From Raillietiella orientalis (lineage: Eukaryota), in contig JAYWIR010000001.1 of the NCBI GenBank assembly GCA_036172245.1, positions 4,402,001 through 4,466,000 on the forward strand: a stretch of DNA of 64,000 nucleotides, in the 5' to 3' direction. Shown piece after piece: positions 36,986-48,886 of the stretch. The translations under genes were made by a program, and so were the position numbers. The notes beneath the pieces are model-generated. The model was not told the origin of the DNA. It ran no database searches and was given only the letters and a program-made list of their open reading frames with translations. The stretch's first letter is position 1. Every line of letters begins with the position of its first letter.

Positions 36986-38737
36986 ACCTCCGGAAATGCG
37001 CCCCCCTATCGACCGTCGCAACTTCCTCGCGGGCACTTCGCTGGACTCGGAGTGGGTCGTCCCGCTGCTTTCGTCTCCCCTCTTCCATCGGCGCGTTGCG
37101 CCGCCCTTTGCATTCGCTGTCGGCGCGCTTGAGACTACCTCGGTGCCGGGTAAAGGGGCGGGGGGGCGGCAGGGTCCTGGGTACCTCCGAGAAGAGGTGG
37201 AACCGGCAGCGGACCCGACGGAAGCGCCGCCCGGCGGTCCTTCCTCCTCCCCTCCCCCCAATCGAGCAGGGACCTCCACTCGAGGTCCTCTTGGTGTAGC
37301 GGCGAGCACGGGCAAAGGGAGAGAGGTGGCTTCCAGGAAGTCGCTCCCCGCCTTCGTACTCGTGCCCTCGTGCACATCTGATTCCCCGAGGCGTTTGGTC
37401 ACAAGGAAACAAAAGCAAAGGAGGGGACGCGTTCCTACGACAAGCTGAGATCTCGAGAAGGGGGGTCAACCACCACCCGTTTCGCAGGTCGGCGCCTGCA
37501 GCAGAGTGGCGGTAAACAAAGAGCCTTCGGACCTCTCGGCCCACTCGTGGGTGGATCTCCCAGCAACCTCGGGAGGACGAAGAGTGGGAGGAACACGTGG
37601 CCCCGCTCCTTGATCCTCCTCTCCTGCTGGGACGTCTGCCGCCCCAGATGTGCCCCTCGACCCCGCGATTGGACGCGAGCATCTGTTCCGCCAAGCGTCG
37701 GCAGCGGGCTGCAGCTGCAGCTTACGTGTCCTGCGTACCTCGCCAGCAGCCGCCCAAGAGGGCAAGCGAGGTGCCATCTTGTCGACGCCTTCCCCCCCCC
37801 CCCCCTCCCGGCCTCCTAAGGGAAAGTTTGCTCGCTCCTGGTGGGCAAGAGGAGGGGGGCTTCTCAGTCAACCCTTTCTCTTTCCTCGCTCTCCTGCGGC
37901 CCCGCTGGGAGTCACGGCCGCCCCTCCCGCCGCAGGCGCTGCCTCCTCCTCGGCCGTAGCCGCGGGGATCCACCACATATCCTCCGCCCCTCCCCCCGAC
38001 TCCGTGTCCGTCCCGCCGAGGCTGGGGAAGGGACCCCACCGCTCGGGCCGGTAGCGCCACCGTCCCGGGCAAGGAACCCAGCCCGATGCCGCTGAGCCCA
38101 CCCGCGAGAAAGGGGTCGCGAGCATTCAGGACACACCCCGGGGCGTTTCTTTCTCAAGACAAGAAAGCAGACGCACAAACTGGTCCCGAGAAGACCAGAT
38201 CGAGGCAGCTGGAGTAAGGGGCGAGGCACTTCGGATCCGGATGGGGAAAGGCGCAGGAGTGCCGCCTCCCTTGCCGGCAGTGGCTGCTCCCTCGGAGGGG
38301 GCTCCTTGGGGGTGGAGCATCCTCCCCGGAGAGGAGATGGGAGTCCGGGGGACCCTCCTGACTCTGAGAGCGACCTCCCGCCTCCGCGCGCCTGCCGAGG
38401 TGGTGCTTTCGGATGAGGCCCCTCCCTTTCCGGCAGTGCTGTCTCCCCGCACGCCGGAAGGGGGGAGGGTGCGCGCATGCGCTGCGACGGCCTTCCGCGG
38501 AAGCGCCCCCCCCCGTGCGCTCCCACTTCTTCGGAAGAGCCTGGATACGTGTGCGTACGCTCAGGGGGTGGTCCTTGAAGAGCGCTCCCCGAGTGTCCCG
38601 TCGCCACCATGTGCAGCAGAGCAACCGGTGTCCCTGCCCTGCGCTGGCCGAGGTCGCAGCGCCAGCTTGCTTTTCGCCCCAGACCTCCCAGGAAACCGAC
38701 CCAACGCTCCTTTGCAGGGATAGTCATAGCCTCCGGC

Positions 38738-41700
38738 ATGCAAAACAAAGACAGGAAGCTGTTCCTCATCTTGTTCATCCTGACGGAGCTGTGCGGAGTC
38801 ATCGCCGTCATCCAGCTCTTCGTGTGGCTGTTCCACTACCACGGCGGCATGGCGTGGACGAGCAACCCCAGCCTGCAGTTCAACTGGCACCCCGTCCTGA
38901 TGGCCGTGGGCATGATCTACTTTTACGGGCACGGTCAGTCGTCCTCCTGCATCTTGCGCGCGAACCAGAACTGGGAGGAAGGGTTGGTGATGATGACAAT
39001 GGTGATAGTGGTGAGTGCAGAGAGGTCGGGATGCGTCTCGTTGGCCGTGCTGTAGCTGACGGGAGATCGCTACGAACCGTTCGTACATCCCTTAGGGGTG
39101 CGCCGCGAGCGATGCGACGCGTCGCAGCATCGCAATGAGACTGCTGTTCGTCCGAGAAGCCGCTGCCATCCTTCGGGTCACGTCGAAGGTCAGGAGTGGC
39201 CTCCGCTCCCGGACAATGGCCAGTTTTTGCACCTCCGACGCCTTTCGTCTTACCTCCCCCCTCCGCCGATTCAGCCCTTTCTCGAGGGTAGACTGCGTGC
39301 TTCCGTGTGTTCTTCCCGTCCCCGTTCCCCTACTCGTTTCTTCCCGCATCTTCACCCGGCACCCTTCCTTTTTTCTCCTCCGTCGCCGCCACCATCTTTT
39401 TTTTTTTTATTCCTCCTCCTCCTCCTCTTGCCTCCATTGTTTCACCTCCTTTCCTGAGCACATGCCGTGTGAGCACCTGCTCCCACCGCCGTTACGCCTG
39501 CTGGCTCTTTTTAACTCCTTGGCCTTGTTTGACCCTCTTGTTGATGTTCCACTCTGCAGCCATCAAGAGTCATCTTCGAGATCCTGCTGAGGTGCCCAAA
39601 GATTCCTCTCTTCGCTTCGCTTCAACCTCTCGCTCGCGCGCCGAGCAGATGCCGTGGGCACTGCTGAGCGGCCAGGTCGAGTCAGCGGTGGTCTACGGCA
39701 TGTGGTGCAGACGCCTGCGCCTGGCTCGAAATCCCGAAAGATCGTAAAAAATAAACACATGTGTATATTAATACACGTTTGCTTTAATATCCGTAGTCAT
39801 TGGTATTCATTAACGTACATATCACAGATAGACTTGACCGAACAGATATATGTATTAAGATCCAGTGACATGCATTGCATTAATGAAATTAATAAGTTGT
39901 TTATATATGTGTATGAAAGATTATAAAATATACTCATATAAGGATTATGGATTGATGATACATGGATTGATGTATGCATTAATGTATAGCATGAATATAT
40001 ATATGCCATACAAAATAGACAGACATGCTTATTACATATATTCATATGAAGATTAATGTGTGCGACAATGCATGTTACGAAGATTATATGAAATAAATAT
40101 ATGTGCTTATTACATATATTTATATAAAGATGAATCTATGCATTAACAGACATCATGAAGATTATAAATAGATATCATGAATAAACATACATAAATAGAT
40201 ATCATGAAGATATATATATGTATATATACATATGGTAATCATGATTATCACACACACACACACACATATGTATATCGTATCTATTTATGTATGTTTATTA
40301 TATACATCAATATATATATATAAATGTATATATACATTTTTTAAAGTATATATCTGTTCCAATAATGTTACTGCTAACAATATGTATGTTAATAAATATG
40401 AATAACTGTGTATTGGAAAAGATATGTTTATTACGATTCAGTGACATACATTTTATTAACATAGTAACTAAGTTGTTGATCATATTGTTGATATACATAT
40501 ATATATATTGAAAAATTTTAAATAAATATATATGCTTATTATATGTATTCATAGATATATTTACATATAGATTCGTTTGTGGATTAATATATATTGTATG
40601 GAGATTATAAAAATACATAAATATGCTTATTCTACATGGATTAGTATGCAAATTTATTTAAATATACCTTAGTAATCATACTTATTAACATACATTTCAT
40701 TAATGCTATTGGAACAGTTGTGTTTATCAGGATCAATGAATATAAATAAATAATATGCTAAGGAATATGAATAGCTATGCGTAGTAAAATAATATACAGA
40801 TTATTAGCGGTTTTTTCTCCTGATAATGTATATGTTAATAAATGCGAATACTTGTGACGAGTACCGAAACAGACGAGTACCGAACGAATTTTGATTTTAC
40901 CGTTTTAGGACTCATGATTGACGCTTAAAATGCACAGAAGCACAAAAGGGGGGGGGGGATGGTTCGGGAGGCACCCTATGGAAGTGTTCAGCACTGTTCG
41001 CGGGCTACGATGAGACGAAAGAGTTCACTCGTTTCAGCATGAGTGGGGTGTCGAGTTCCGAAAATGCACCGAGTGTCGAAACTTTTTCTCGTCAAAATGC
41101 GACGAGTACTTAGTTTGACGAATTCCGACACCGTCGAGTACCGTGGTACGCCTGTTACTGTGTATAGTCGAATAAATTTGTGTATTAGCATATGTAGAAC
41201 CAGCGCTCGTGCTTATTTTTGATGATCCTTCGGGATTTTGATCGACGCCACAAACGCACAGCTTCGCGAGTTCCTGTGCTTGTGCATTGGGGTAGCGCAA
41301 TAGTGACATCAGCGAGGCGCCCCCGGGGAGGAGAATCCAGGGGTGAGGTAAGGCAGGGGGAGCACGGGGGCGAAGGTTCGTCCGAGAACGCTCGGGAAGG
41401 TCGCGCGGAGGCTCCGGGGCATCCGGGACCCGGAGGCGACCCCTCTCGCCTAACGGCCTAGTCCCGGCGAGGGCCGCTAGCTCGTCGCCTTTCGAACCTC
41501 CAGCACGGCCGTTGAGCGCCTCAGACCGGAAGAGGACCGCAGCACCTTCATCCGTGGAGCTTCCCGCTCGTGGTCAGGCGGCGGCGGGGCGACGAGGTCG
41601 CATTCTGGTCCCTCGGACCAGCGGATGAACAACTGGGCACCCACTGCAGCACCTCAGGCAAGGGAAGCTGGAGTCTGGACCCAGAGCAGCAGCTGCCACC

Positions 41701-43880
41701 GACAGCGACCCCGGCTGCTCTGACGACCAGCCGGGAAGGCAAGCAGCGGCAGCTGGCGATGCCGCTTGAGAATCACATGGAGTCATATGCGCAATCACCT
41801 TGGAGACCAGAGGCTGGAGACCGGTGGACCCACCTTGCCGTCTCGGGAGAGGCAGACAGCATCCGTCGGAGGAGGTAGAGGACTGCCACCCCAGCAGAGA
41901 TTCGACGCTGAGCGGACAGCCGGAGGGGGATGCGGCAGCAGCGGGGGGTCCCAGGACACTTCGTCCAGCCTGGGTCCACGCGAGAAAAGGGGACGCCGCC
42001 GCAGGATGCAGCCTGCAGCGGCACCGAAGCGGCAGCCGAGACCCTTGGACTCTCGCAGTTCTCCGGGCGTGGGGTGTCAGGAAACGAAGAGGAGGAACAA
42101 GAAAAGCGATGTCTTTGACGGCAGTGCAAAAGCACGGGGGAACCGCGCGCGAATCTTCCCCGGTCGCTCCACGGCGGCTCTGCCCGTTCGAAAGTCGGGG
42201 GTGGGAGGGAAGACCATGCCGACCCCTTTTTTATCCCAGTCCCCGAGGAGGTGGGAACGGAAGGGGATGCTGCTTCTCGTCTCCTGCCCGCGCAGGAGGA
42301 CAGTAGCGGCGAAGAAGGCTCTCGAGAGAGGAACGGGTGGGGGCGCAAGCGCGGCGTTCACGTCTTCACTGCGCTCCCCTTACTCGCGCCGTCGGGTCGG
42401 CCACAGGGGGTGCGGTTGGTCCTCCGCTCCCGCGGAAACGGGCGACGCTTCTGCCCCTTGCTGTTCGTCTCGCGGGAACCCTCGCTAGGCCCGTTTCCTC
42501 CTCCTTGCCTGCCCCTTTCCCCCGGCATCTTGCCCTCCTGCTCCTCGAGGGAGGGAAGGCAGCCTCGTATTAGGCGGATGGTCGACCGCCCGCCCCGCCT
42601 CAGGGAGCAATGCCCCGGTTGATCAGCGCCGCAGCGAGCGTCTCTCCGGCCAGCTGCGCGCGCACGTCCTCCGAGGTCCAGCGTCGCTTACTCGCGCGCG
42701 CGGGCGGAGAGAGGGACAGGGTCGCGGGAAAGATGGCTCTCCCCCTCTGCGAGCGCCGTTCCTCGGCCCGCCTTCGGCGGCTGCCGCCGTTGCTTCGGAT
42801 AGACCTCCACCCCGGATGACGCATCATCTCGCCTCTTCCCTTCAGGCATCCTCACCTACCGCGTCATGAACTTTGAGAAAAGGAGACTGAAGCTGCTGCA
42901 CTCCCTGCTGCACGCCACTGCCCTCGTGGTGTCCTCCGTCGGCCTGAAGGCGGTCTTCGACGCTCACAACTACCACCTGGACGCGGAAACCGGCATGCCG
43001 CGCCCCCTGCCCAACTTGTACTCCCTGCACAGCTGGATCGGACTGACCTGCGTCGCCCTCTTCGCCTTCCAGGTAACGGCCGCCCTTCCCGCCCCTGCGC
43101 ACCCCTCCTCTTTCGTCCATCTTTCTCCAGTGGCTTTGCGGCTTCACAGCGTTCCTCCTGCAGTGCTTCGGGAAGGCCTACCGCGCTCTCTACCTCCCCG
43201 TCCACGTGTGGTTCGGTTTGCTGCTGTTCGTCTTGTCCATCGCCACGGCTCTCATTGGTATCACGGAGAAAGCCTTTCAGCCCGAGTACGTCTCACGCTC
43301 CCCCTGCTTTCTCCCTCTTCTCTTCCTCCGCTTTTTTTATTCTTCCTCCTCCAAACCTCCTCTTCTCCTTCCTCCCTTCCTCTGCCTTCTCATCCTTTCT
43401 TCCTCTTTCCTCTCATTTCCTTCTTCCTCTTTTCTTTCCTTTTCATCTTTTTCCCTTCCATTTCCTCCTCCTCTTTTTTCTTCTCTTCTTGTTCCCTTCC
43501 TCTTCCTCTTTCTTCTCCTTCCTCGCTTCCTCCTTTCTTCTCTCTTTCTCCTCCTCCCTTCCTCTTTTCTCCCTTTCCCCTTCTCTTCCTCCTCCTGTTT
43601 CCTTCCCTTCCCTTCCCTTCTTCCTTTCTTCCTCCCTTTCCTCTTCCTCCTCAGTGCGTTGCCCTGCGGGCAGCAGGGATGGCTCAGGCTGACTCATCTC
43701 CCCCTCCATTGCAGGTCCAACTACAGCAGCTTCTCCTCTGAGGGCCTTCTGATGAACTTCGTCGGCGGCATGTTCGTCGTCTTCGGCGTGCTGGTCGTCT
43801 ACCTGACAACGAGCCGCCAGTTTAAGCAGAACTGCGAGCAGGAGGACGTCGGCCTCCTTGGCAACGGGGAGCTGCGCTGA
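38738..43880 (+). CDS. CYB561: Cytochrome b561 (ascorbate-dependent transmembrane reductase), about 247 aa; exons 38738-38933, 42846-43072, 43131-43285, 43715-43880
   Basis: FNWHPVLM, GILTYRV, KLLHSLLH, NLYSLHSWIG, LPVHVWFG, GITEK; heme-ligand histidines present; six hydrophobic segments; GT-AG introns keep frame (744 nt). An acceptor at 38717 allows an extra 5' exon. Confidence 0.93.
39745..40855. repeat. Very AT-rich degenerate tandem repeat block inside CYB561 intron 1
   Basis: Abrupt switch to very low GC; recurrent motifs tgcttattacatatatt, gaagattata and gaacagatat..att..gat.cagtgaca (about 39840, 40415, 40712); (TA)n and (CA)n runs. Confidence 0.7.
43300..43655 (+). repeat. Polypyrimidine tract filling CYB561 intron 3
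   Basis: About 350 nt of C/T between donor 43286 and acceptor 43714. Confidence 0.9.
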
Positions 43881-46744
43881 TCCTTCCCCTCTCCCTCCGC
43901 CGCGGTTGGTGCAACCGCGGTGTGTACTCCCCTCTCCGCTCCTCCTCCCCTCCCCGGTGTTTCGTCTCCAGTTCTCGTCTTCGTGCGGCAAAGTCTGGCT
44001 TTCTTCGTCCCCCAACCGCATTCCTCCTTGCTTTCGTTTCGTTCAGCATCGCTCCTTCTGGGCGGAAGTGCTGCTTCCTCGTCGTCGTCGTCGTTGCCGC
44101 CGCCGACCGCAAGATGTCAGTGAAAGCATCGCAGAGGGCAGCTGCCCGACGTTACCGCAGCCGCGCTATGTAGCATAGCGCGGGGCTTGAGAGCATCGGC
44201 ACCGACCCGGTCTTCGGGGTCCGTTCGCGCGACGCCCCTCTCTGGAAACCCAATAAAATCTCCGGGTGATCGGCGAACGGGGATGCTCCCAAGCTGCGCC
44301 CCTTCCTCCTCCGACAGCGACTGGGCTCTAGGAGGAACTCCACAAGAGGGTGGGCTGGATCGTAGGGACGGGCGAAGGTACGCCCGCTGACCGCACCATG
44401 GGAACGCTCGTCACTGCAAGGACAGGCCGGAGGGCTGGAGGAGAGAGAGTTCCTGGAGGACCGTTCTTCCTGTGCCGCTTCCCCCGGCTCTCTTGGTTCC
44501 GGAGAGCCTTTCATCGCCAGGGAACTCGTAGGGACGGGTGAGTGGGTCCACGAGGGTGCCCGTGCGCCATCTGCCCGACCATACAGCTGCGAGTCGCTCG
44601 CGTTCCCGTGGGAACGGCTCTTCACCTCGTGGGACAGCGAAGCCTCTCGCCTGAAACTCACCTGCTCTTTCTTAAAGGGGATCTGCCCTTCCCTCCCGGG
44701 TGATGGGTCGCCAAGGACCTTCCTCTCCGGATCCCGGGAAAGAGATGATCCTTCCCGTTGCCCGGGGAAACCTCGTTCGTTTCCCTCTCTCATCGCTTGC
44801 TCTTCCTGCACGCCTCCCTTGCTGAGGGACCTCCGAATGACAGGAGGGCAGCAGGCCACGACAAGTCCTCGGATCCCTTGCCGCTCTCCCTTCTGGTTGA
44901 TCTGCCTTTCGGAGAGAGAGCCCGGCGGGCGCAGAGGGAGGCGGTTGCCGTGCCTGCCGAGAGCATGGAACTCCTCCCGTTTCCCTTCGATCGCATCCTG
45001 CCGCGGGCTTTTGGTTTCGTCTATCAGCCGGGACATCGGCTCCTTTTGGGGAGTGAGGTCTCTCTCACCCTCTTCCACCTTTCCTTTGTCGTCCTCGTCG
45101 TCGCCTTCTCCTCTCCCCTTCGGGATCGGCGGGAACGCCGTTCACTCCTTCCGGATGGTTCCCCAGGAGAGGTTTTCCCCTCGCCTGATGGCGTCGTCGC
45201 ACGCTGCAGGCCCGCAGAAGTAGAGAGCAGCAGCGTCCTGTTCAGGCGCCATCCCTTGCGAAGGATGGTGCACGGTGCAGCTCGAGAGATCAACCCAGAG
45301 CGGGAAGCGCTCTGCACGAGGAGCGAAGCGATTCGGGAGCCGCGTGCTGTCTTCCCGGTTCTTCGACGAAGAGGGAGGATGGGTGTCCAGAGATTGGCGC
45401 AGCGGCCCACCTGCCATGGCGAAGGCGCACGAAACGACGACGGGCTGCCGCTAGGGGAAGGAGCAGCAGCTCTGCTCGCAAGCGCAACAGTCACCTGCGA
45501 TGGCACCTGGGAACGCCGCGGGCTCACACCTCTCGGGCTGAACCGGGTCGCGGGTGGGTGGCTTGCTGCCACAGGACTGGAGGGTCCTGGAATACCCCCC
45601 AGATGCATGCCGCCTTACTCCTCCCAGGAACGCCCCTAATCCGCGTGGAATGCTCCTCGAGGCGTGCGGTCTGGGCGCGATGAGGCGGCATCGGAGTCCT
45701 GGACGTGGAGCCGCTCTTCAACACCCGGAGACTGTCAGGACGGAGGGGTTCAAACTCTCGCGTCTTCGCGGTGGGACTGCATCGTGCGGACGGACTGGAG
45801 GATGACTCCTACCGAGGCCCACCCGCGTTCCACTCAAAGGCTGAGTCCATTTCCTTCCCCACATGTGCTCGGACGTTCCTTGAGCTCGTTGATAAGCGCT
45901 CTGAGACTCTCGAGCTCGCCAGTTGTGACGGCAGGCGAAGCTCCGAAGGACGTTCGTCATTGCGTCAGAGACCGCGCTCACCGTCACCCACTCCGAATCC
46001 TCTCTGCTGCGCGTGTCAGCGTAAGACTGGGATCTGCCCACCCTTTCTGGGTGGGTAGGGTGAGGGCTCAGAAAGGTAGGTTGCAGTGACCCTAGACGCC
46101 GCATGAGGGAAGTCCCGGGTTGTTCCGAGATCACGGGCGCAGGCAGGAGGGATCCCTTCGCATGGATACGTGCCAAGAAATGGACGATCCCTCTCCTTTT
46201 TTTGCTGTTTTTTTCCCTCAGGCATCATGCAAAAGAGGTAGGTGTCAGACTCTCTCGAGACAAGCAGGCGAGTGGACTCGCGGATAGAGGAGGGTGGGAG
46301 ATATAGGTCACTCTCAAAAACGACATCAGTTCAGGGGGCGTTCCGTGTGGTCCGGGGCGCGAGTTGGTGGCCAAGAACCACTGGCTCGCTCCAGATTGCT
46401 GTGAGCCTCACCTCTTTGAGTAGACCCTGCCAACCCATCTCGCACGCCCCTACGAAACACCACGGCGGCGCGCGCACTCTATCGGTGTTGGTTGCGGATC
46501 CGCAAGCGCGCCTCAGGGGAACGACCGGGTTCCTCCTGCCATGCACCTGAGGACGTCCCGTTCCCGAGGTGACTCCGAGCTTCGCGAGGGTTTCCTCCCC
46601 CCTCCTTTTGTATTGTTTACGCCGTAAACATGGAAACGGCTGCCTTTAATAAAGTCCACGAATCAAACTCTGTGGGTGGCGGTGCACTCGGCGAATTGGT
46701 AGCCGCCTGCTGTCGGACAGAACGTCCTGGAATCCACTTCCCAG

Positions 46745-48886
46745 ATGGACGAGGAATCCACCTTGGAACCGATGCCGGAGGGGGAAAACCAAACCGCTCT
46801 GCTGAACGTCGACCTAGGAGACGTCGCCGATTTGGAGATCAACTTTTGGGCCTTCCTTGCCTCCAACCCTTTGAGCACACTGTTCCAGGATTTCTTCGAA
46901 AGCAGCGAAGATCTGTACCTTTTCTCAGGCAACGTCATTGGCCTCGTGATCCTGAGCTTCTTGTTGTATCTGTACAAGTTGCAGCTGGACGGGATTAGGG
47001 AGACTAACCTGCTGATACGTCACACGGATGTGAAGATCTGGTGGATCATGGGAGCAAAGGAACCCATCCGCTCAACCCCCTTATATGAGGTAGCCACAAG
47101 AGCCTAGAACCTCCCCAACGATTTGCTTTCAGGTCTTGAGTACTCAGTACCAGCTGATCCACTTTAACATGAGAGGAAGAGCAGAAGTGATCCGCATGCT
47201 GTTCCACTTCATGCAGGTCCCGTTCGAAGACGTTCGCTTGAACTCCATACAATGGCAAAGGAGGCGCGACGGTCGGTGCTGCGCGGCGTACGTGGTCGTT
47301 CGTGCGTGCGTGAGTGTGACTGAGTGTCGCCGCAACCGGCCCCACTTCTGAGTCGGTCCTACCGGCGCCCTCCGAAGCCCTGCGGAGTCCCCCGCCGATG
47401 AAGCTGCTCGCTGTCCACTCCGTGGGGTGCCGGCGTGCGGTGGTCGGGTCGCCGACCCAGGGCCTCGCTCGAGCGTGTGGGGCGCGTCCAGCATCCCTTC
47501 AGCTCCATGTGAGGTGGTCGCTTTAGGGAGCTCGGCCTGCGGGACAAGATAGGGACCCTTCCATGGGTTCGTCTTCCCTAATGACACTTCCCTTCCTCCT
47601 CCTCTCTCTCCACTTCCTCCCTTCCTCTTCCCCCACTTCCTCTCCTCTTCCTCCCTTACCCCTGCCTTCAACTCTTCGTTGGTCTTCGCGGTGATCGGTT
47701 ACATGAGGAGTGGGGGAGACGCCCCGTTCCAGAGAACCTGCGATCGCTTGCGGATCCGAAGGTGCGGCAATTCCGGCGCGCGGAGAAGATGGTATGACGC
47801 TGGGCAGAACAAGAGGTGCCAGCGCGTCTTGGCCGGCTTGCGGCAGAGTCTCGTGGGATGAGGTACGGGTTGGGCAGAAAACTCTGTCATGCGTGGGGGC
47901 GCCCGAGAGGGCCCCACAGAAACGGGTGAGCAGGACGGAGCCAGCTGCAGGCGGTTCCCTTGGTTCCCCTGCAGAAAGACCTCCACTGGCCTTCCTCGGG
48001 CGCCACAGCCTCTTCTGCACGTAGGGGGCGCACTCGAGACGGCCGCCTACGGAGAGTGGCAGGGAGCGGTGGGGAGATGCGCGCAGCCGCGAGCTCCGCA
48101 GGGGAGGGAGACAGTTATCCCTTCCCCCTTCCAGCGTCCCTTCTTCGCCCTCCGCTACGTTTCCGCGCTCCCGGAACGCACGCCCGCGTGCGAATCCCTG
48201 CCGGTTCCTCTGGGGAAGAAGCCCTTCGGCGTCCTCGTGCACCCATTCCCTGCTTCTTCCTTTGCAGAGTTCCAGTTCACCTCCCTGCCTGTCCTGAAGA
48301 TTAATGGGGTGGTCATCTGCCAGGCCGTCCCCATCGTCCGCTTCCTGGGCAAGGAGTTCGGGATGGGAGGCAGGAGCAACTGGGAAGCTGCCTTGTGCGA
48401 CATGGTGGCCAACGTCATCTCGGACTCCCTGGTCAGGATCTTCCAGCACAGGTGTGAGAGGGTAGGGATGGGAGAGCAAGTCTGCGGCAGCGACTGCGAC
48501 TCTCCGTGCCGGCGGCAGGCGCCGCGCGAGGAACCTCAAGGAGGAGGAAGTGCTGGTCCAGCTGGGGATGAAGACCATCGCCCCCAAGTTCCTTCAGATG
48601 ATGGAGACGCAGCTCCAAAGCAGCCTGAGGTCCAAGAACCCCGAGGCCAACTGGATCATCGGTGACGTGGTGGGTTGGAGAGAGACGGGAAAGGATCCAC
48701 AACTGCGCTGTCCAGATGACCTGGACGGACCTCTTCTTGACGAGCGCCGTCATGGAGATCGAGGTCATCTCCAAGGAGTCCTCGTTCCTGAACAAGTACC
48801 CGTGCCTGCGCAACCATCACATCCGCATCACCCACGTGCCCTCCCTGCAGAAATACCTCGACAACCGACCGCCCACGACGTGGTGA
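46745..48886 (+). CDS. Sigma-class GST-like protein with a 115-aa N-terminal extension containing a transmembrane helix, 329 aa; exons 46745-47089, 47133-47271, 48268-48451, 48519-48669, 48716-48886
   Basis: GST-N YQLIHFNMRGRAEVIRMLF..FEDVRL..QW, LPVLKING..ICQ; GST-C WIIGDVMTWTDL, KYPCL, PSLQKYLDNRP. The GST exon has no ATG of its own upstream of the fold; a 43-nt GT-AG intron (47090-47132) joins the upstream ORF in frame. Confidence 0.85.

Noticed and set aside
35416-38811. Long ORFs of 266-435 aa including poly-His and poly-Asp/Glu
   Set aside because: Driven by high GC and triplet repeats; open on both strands; no domain
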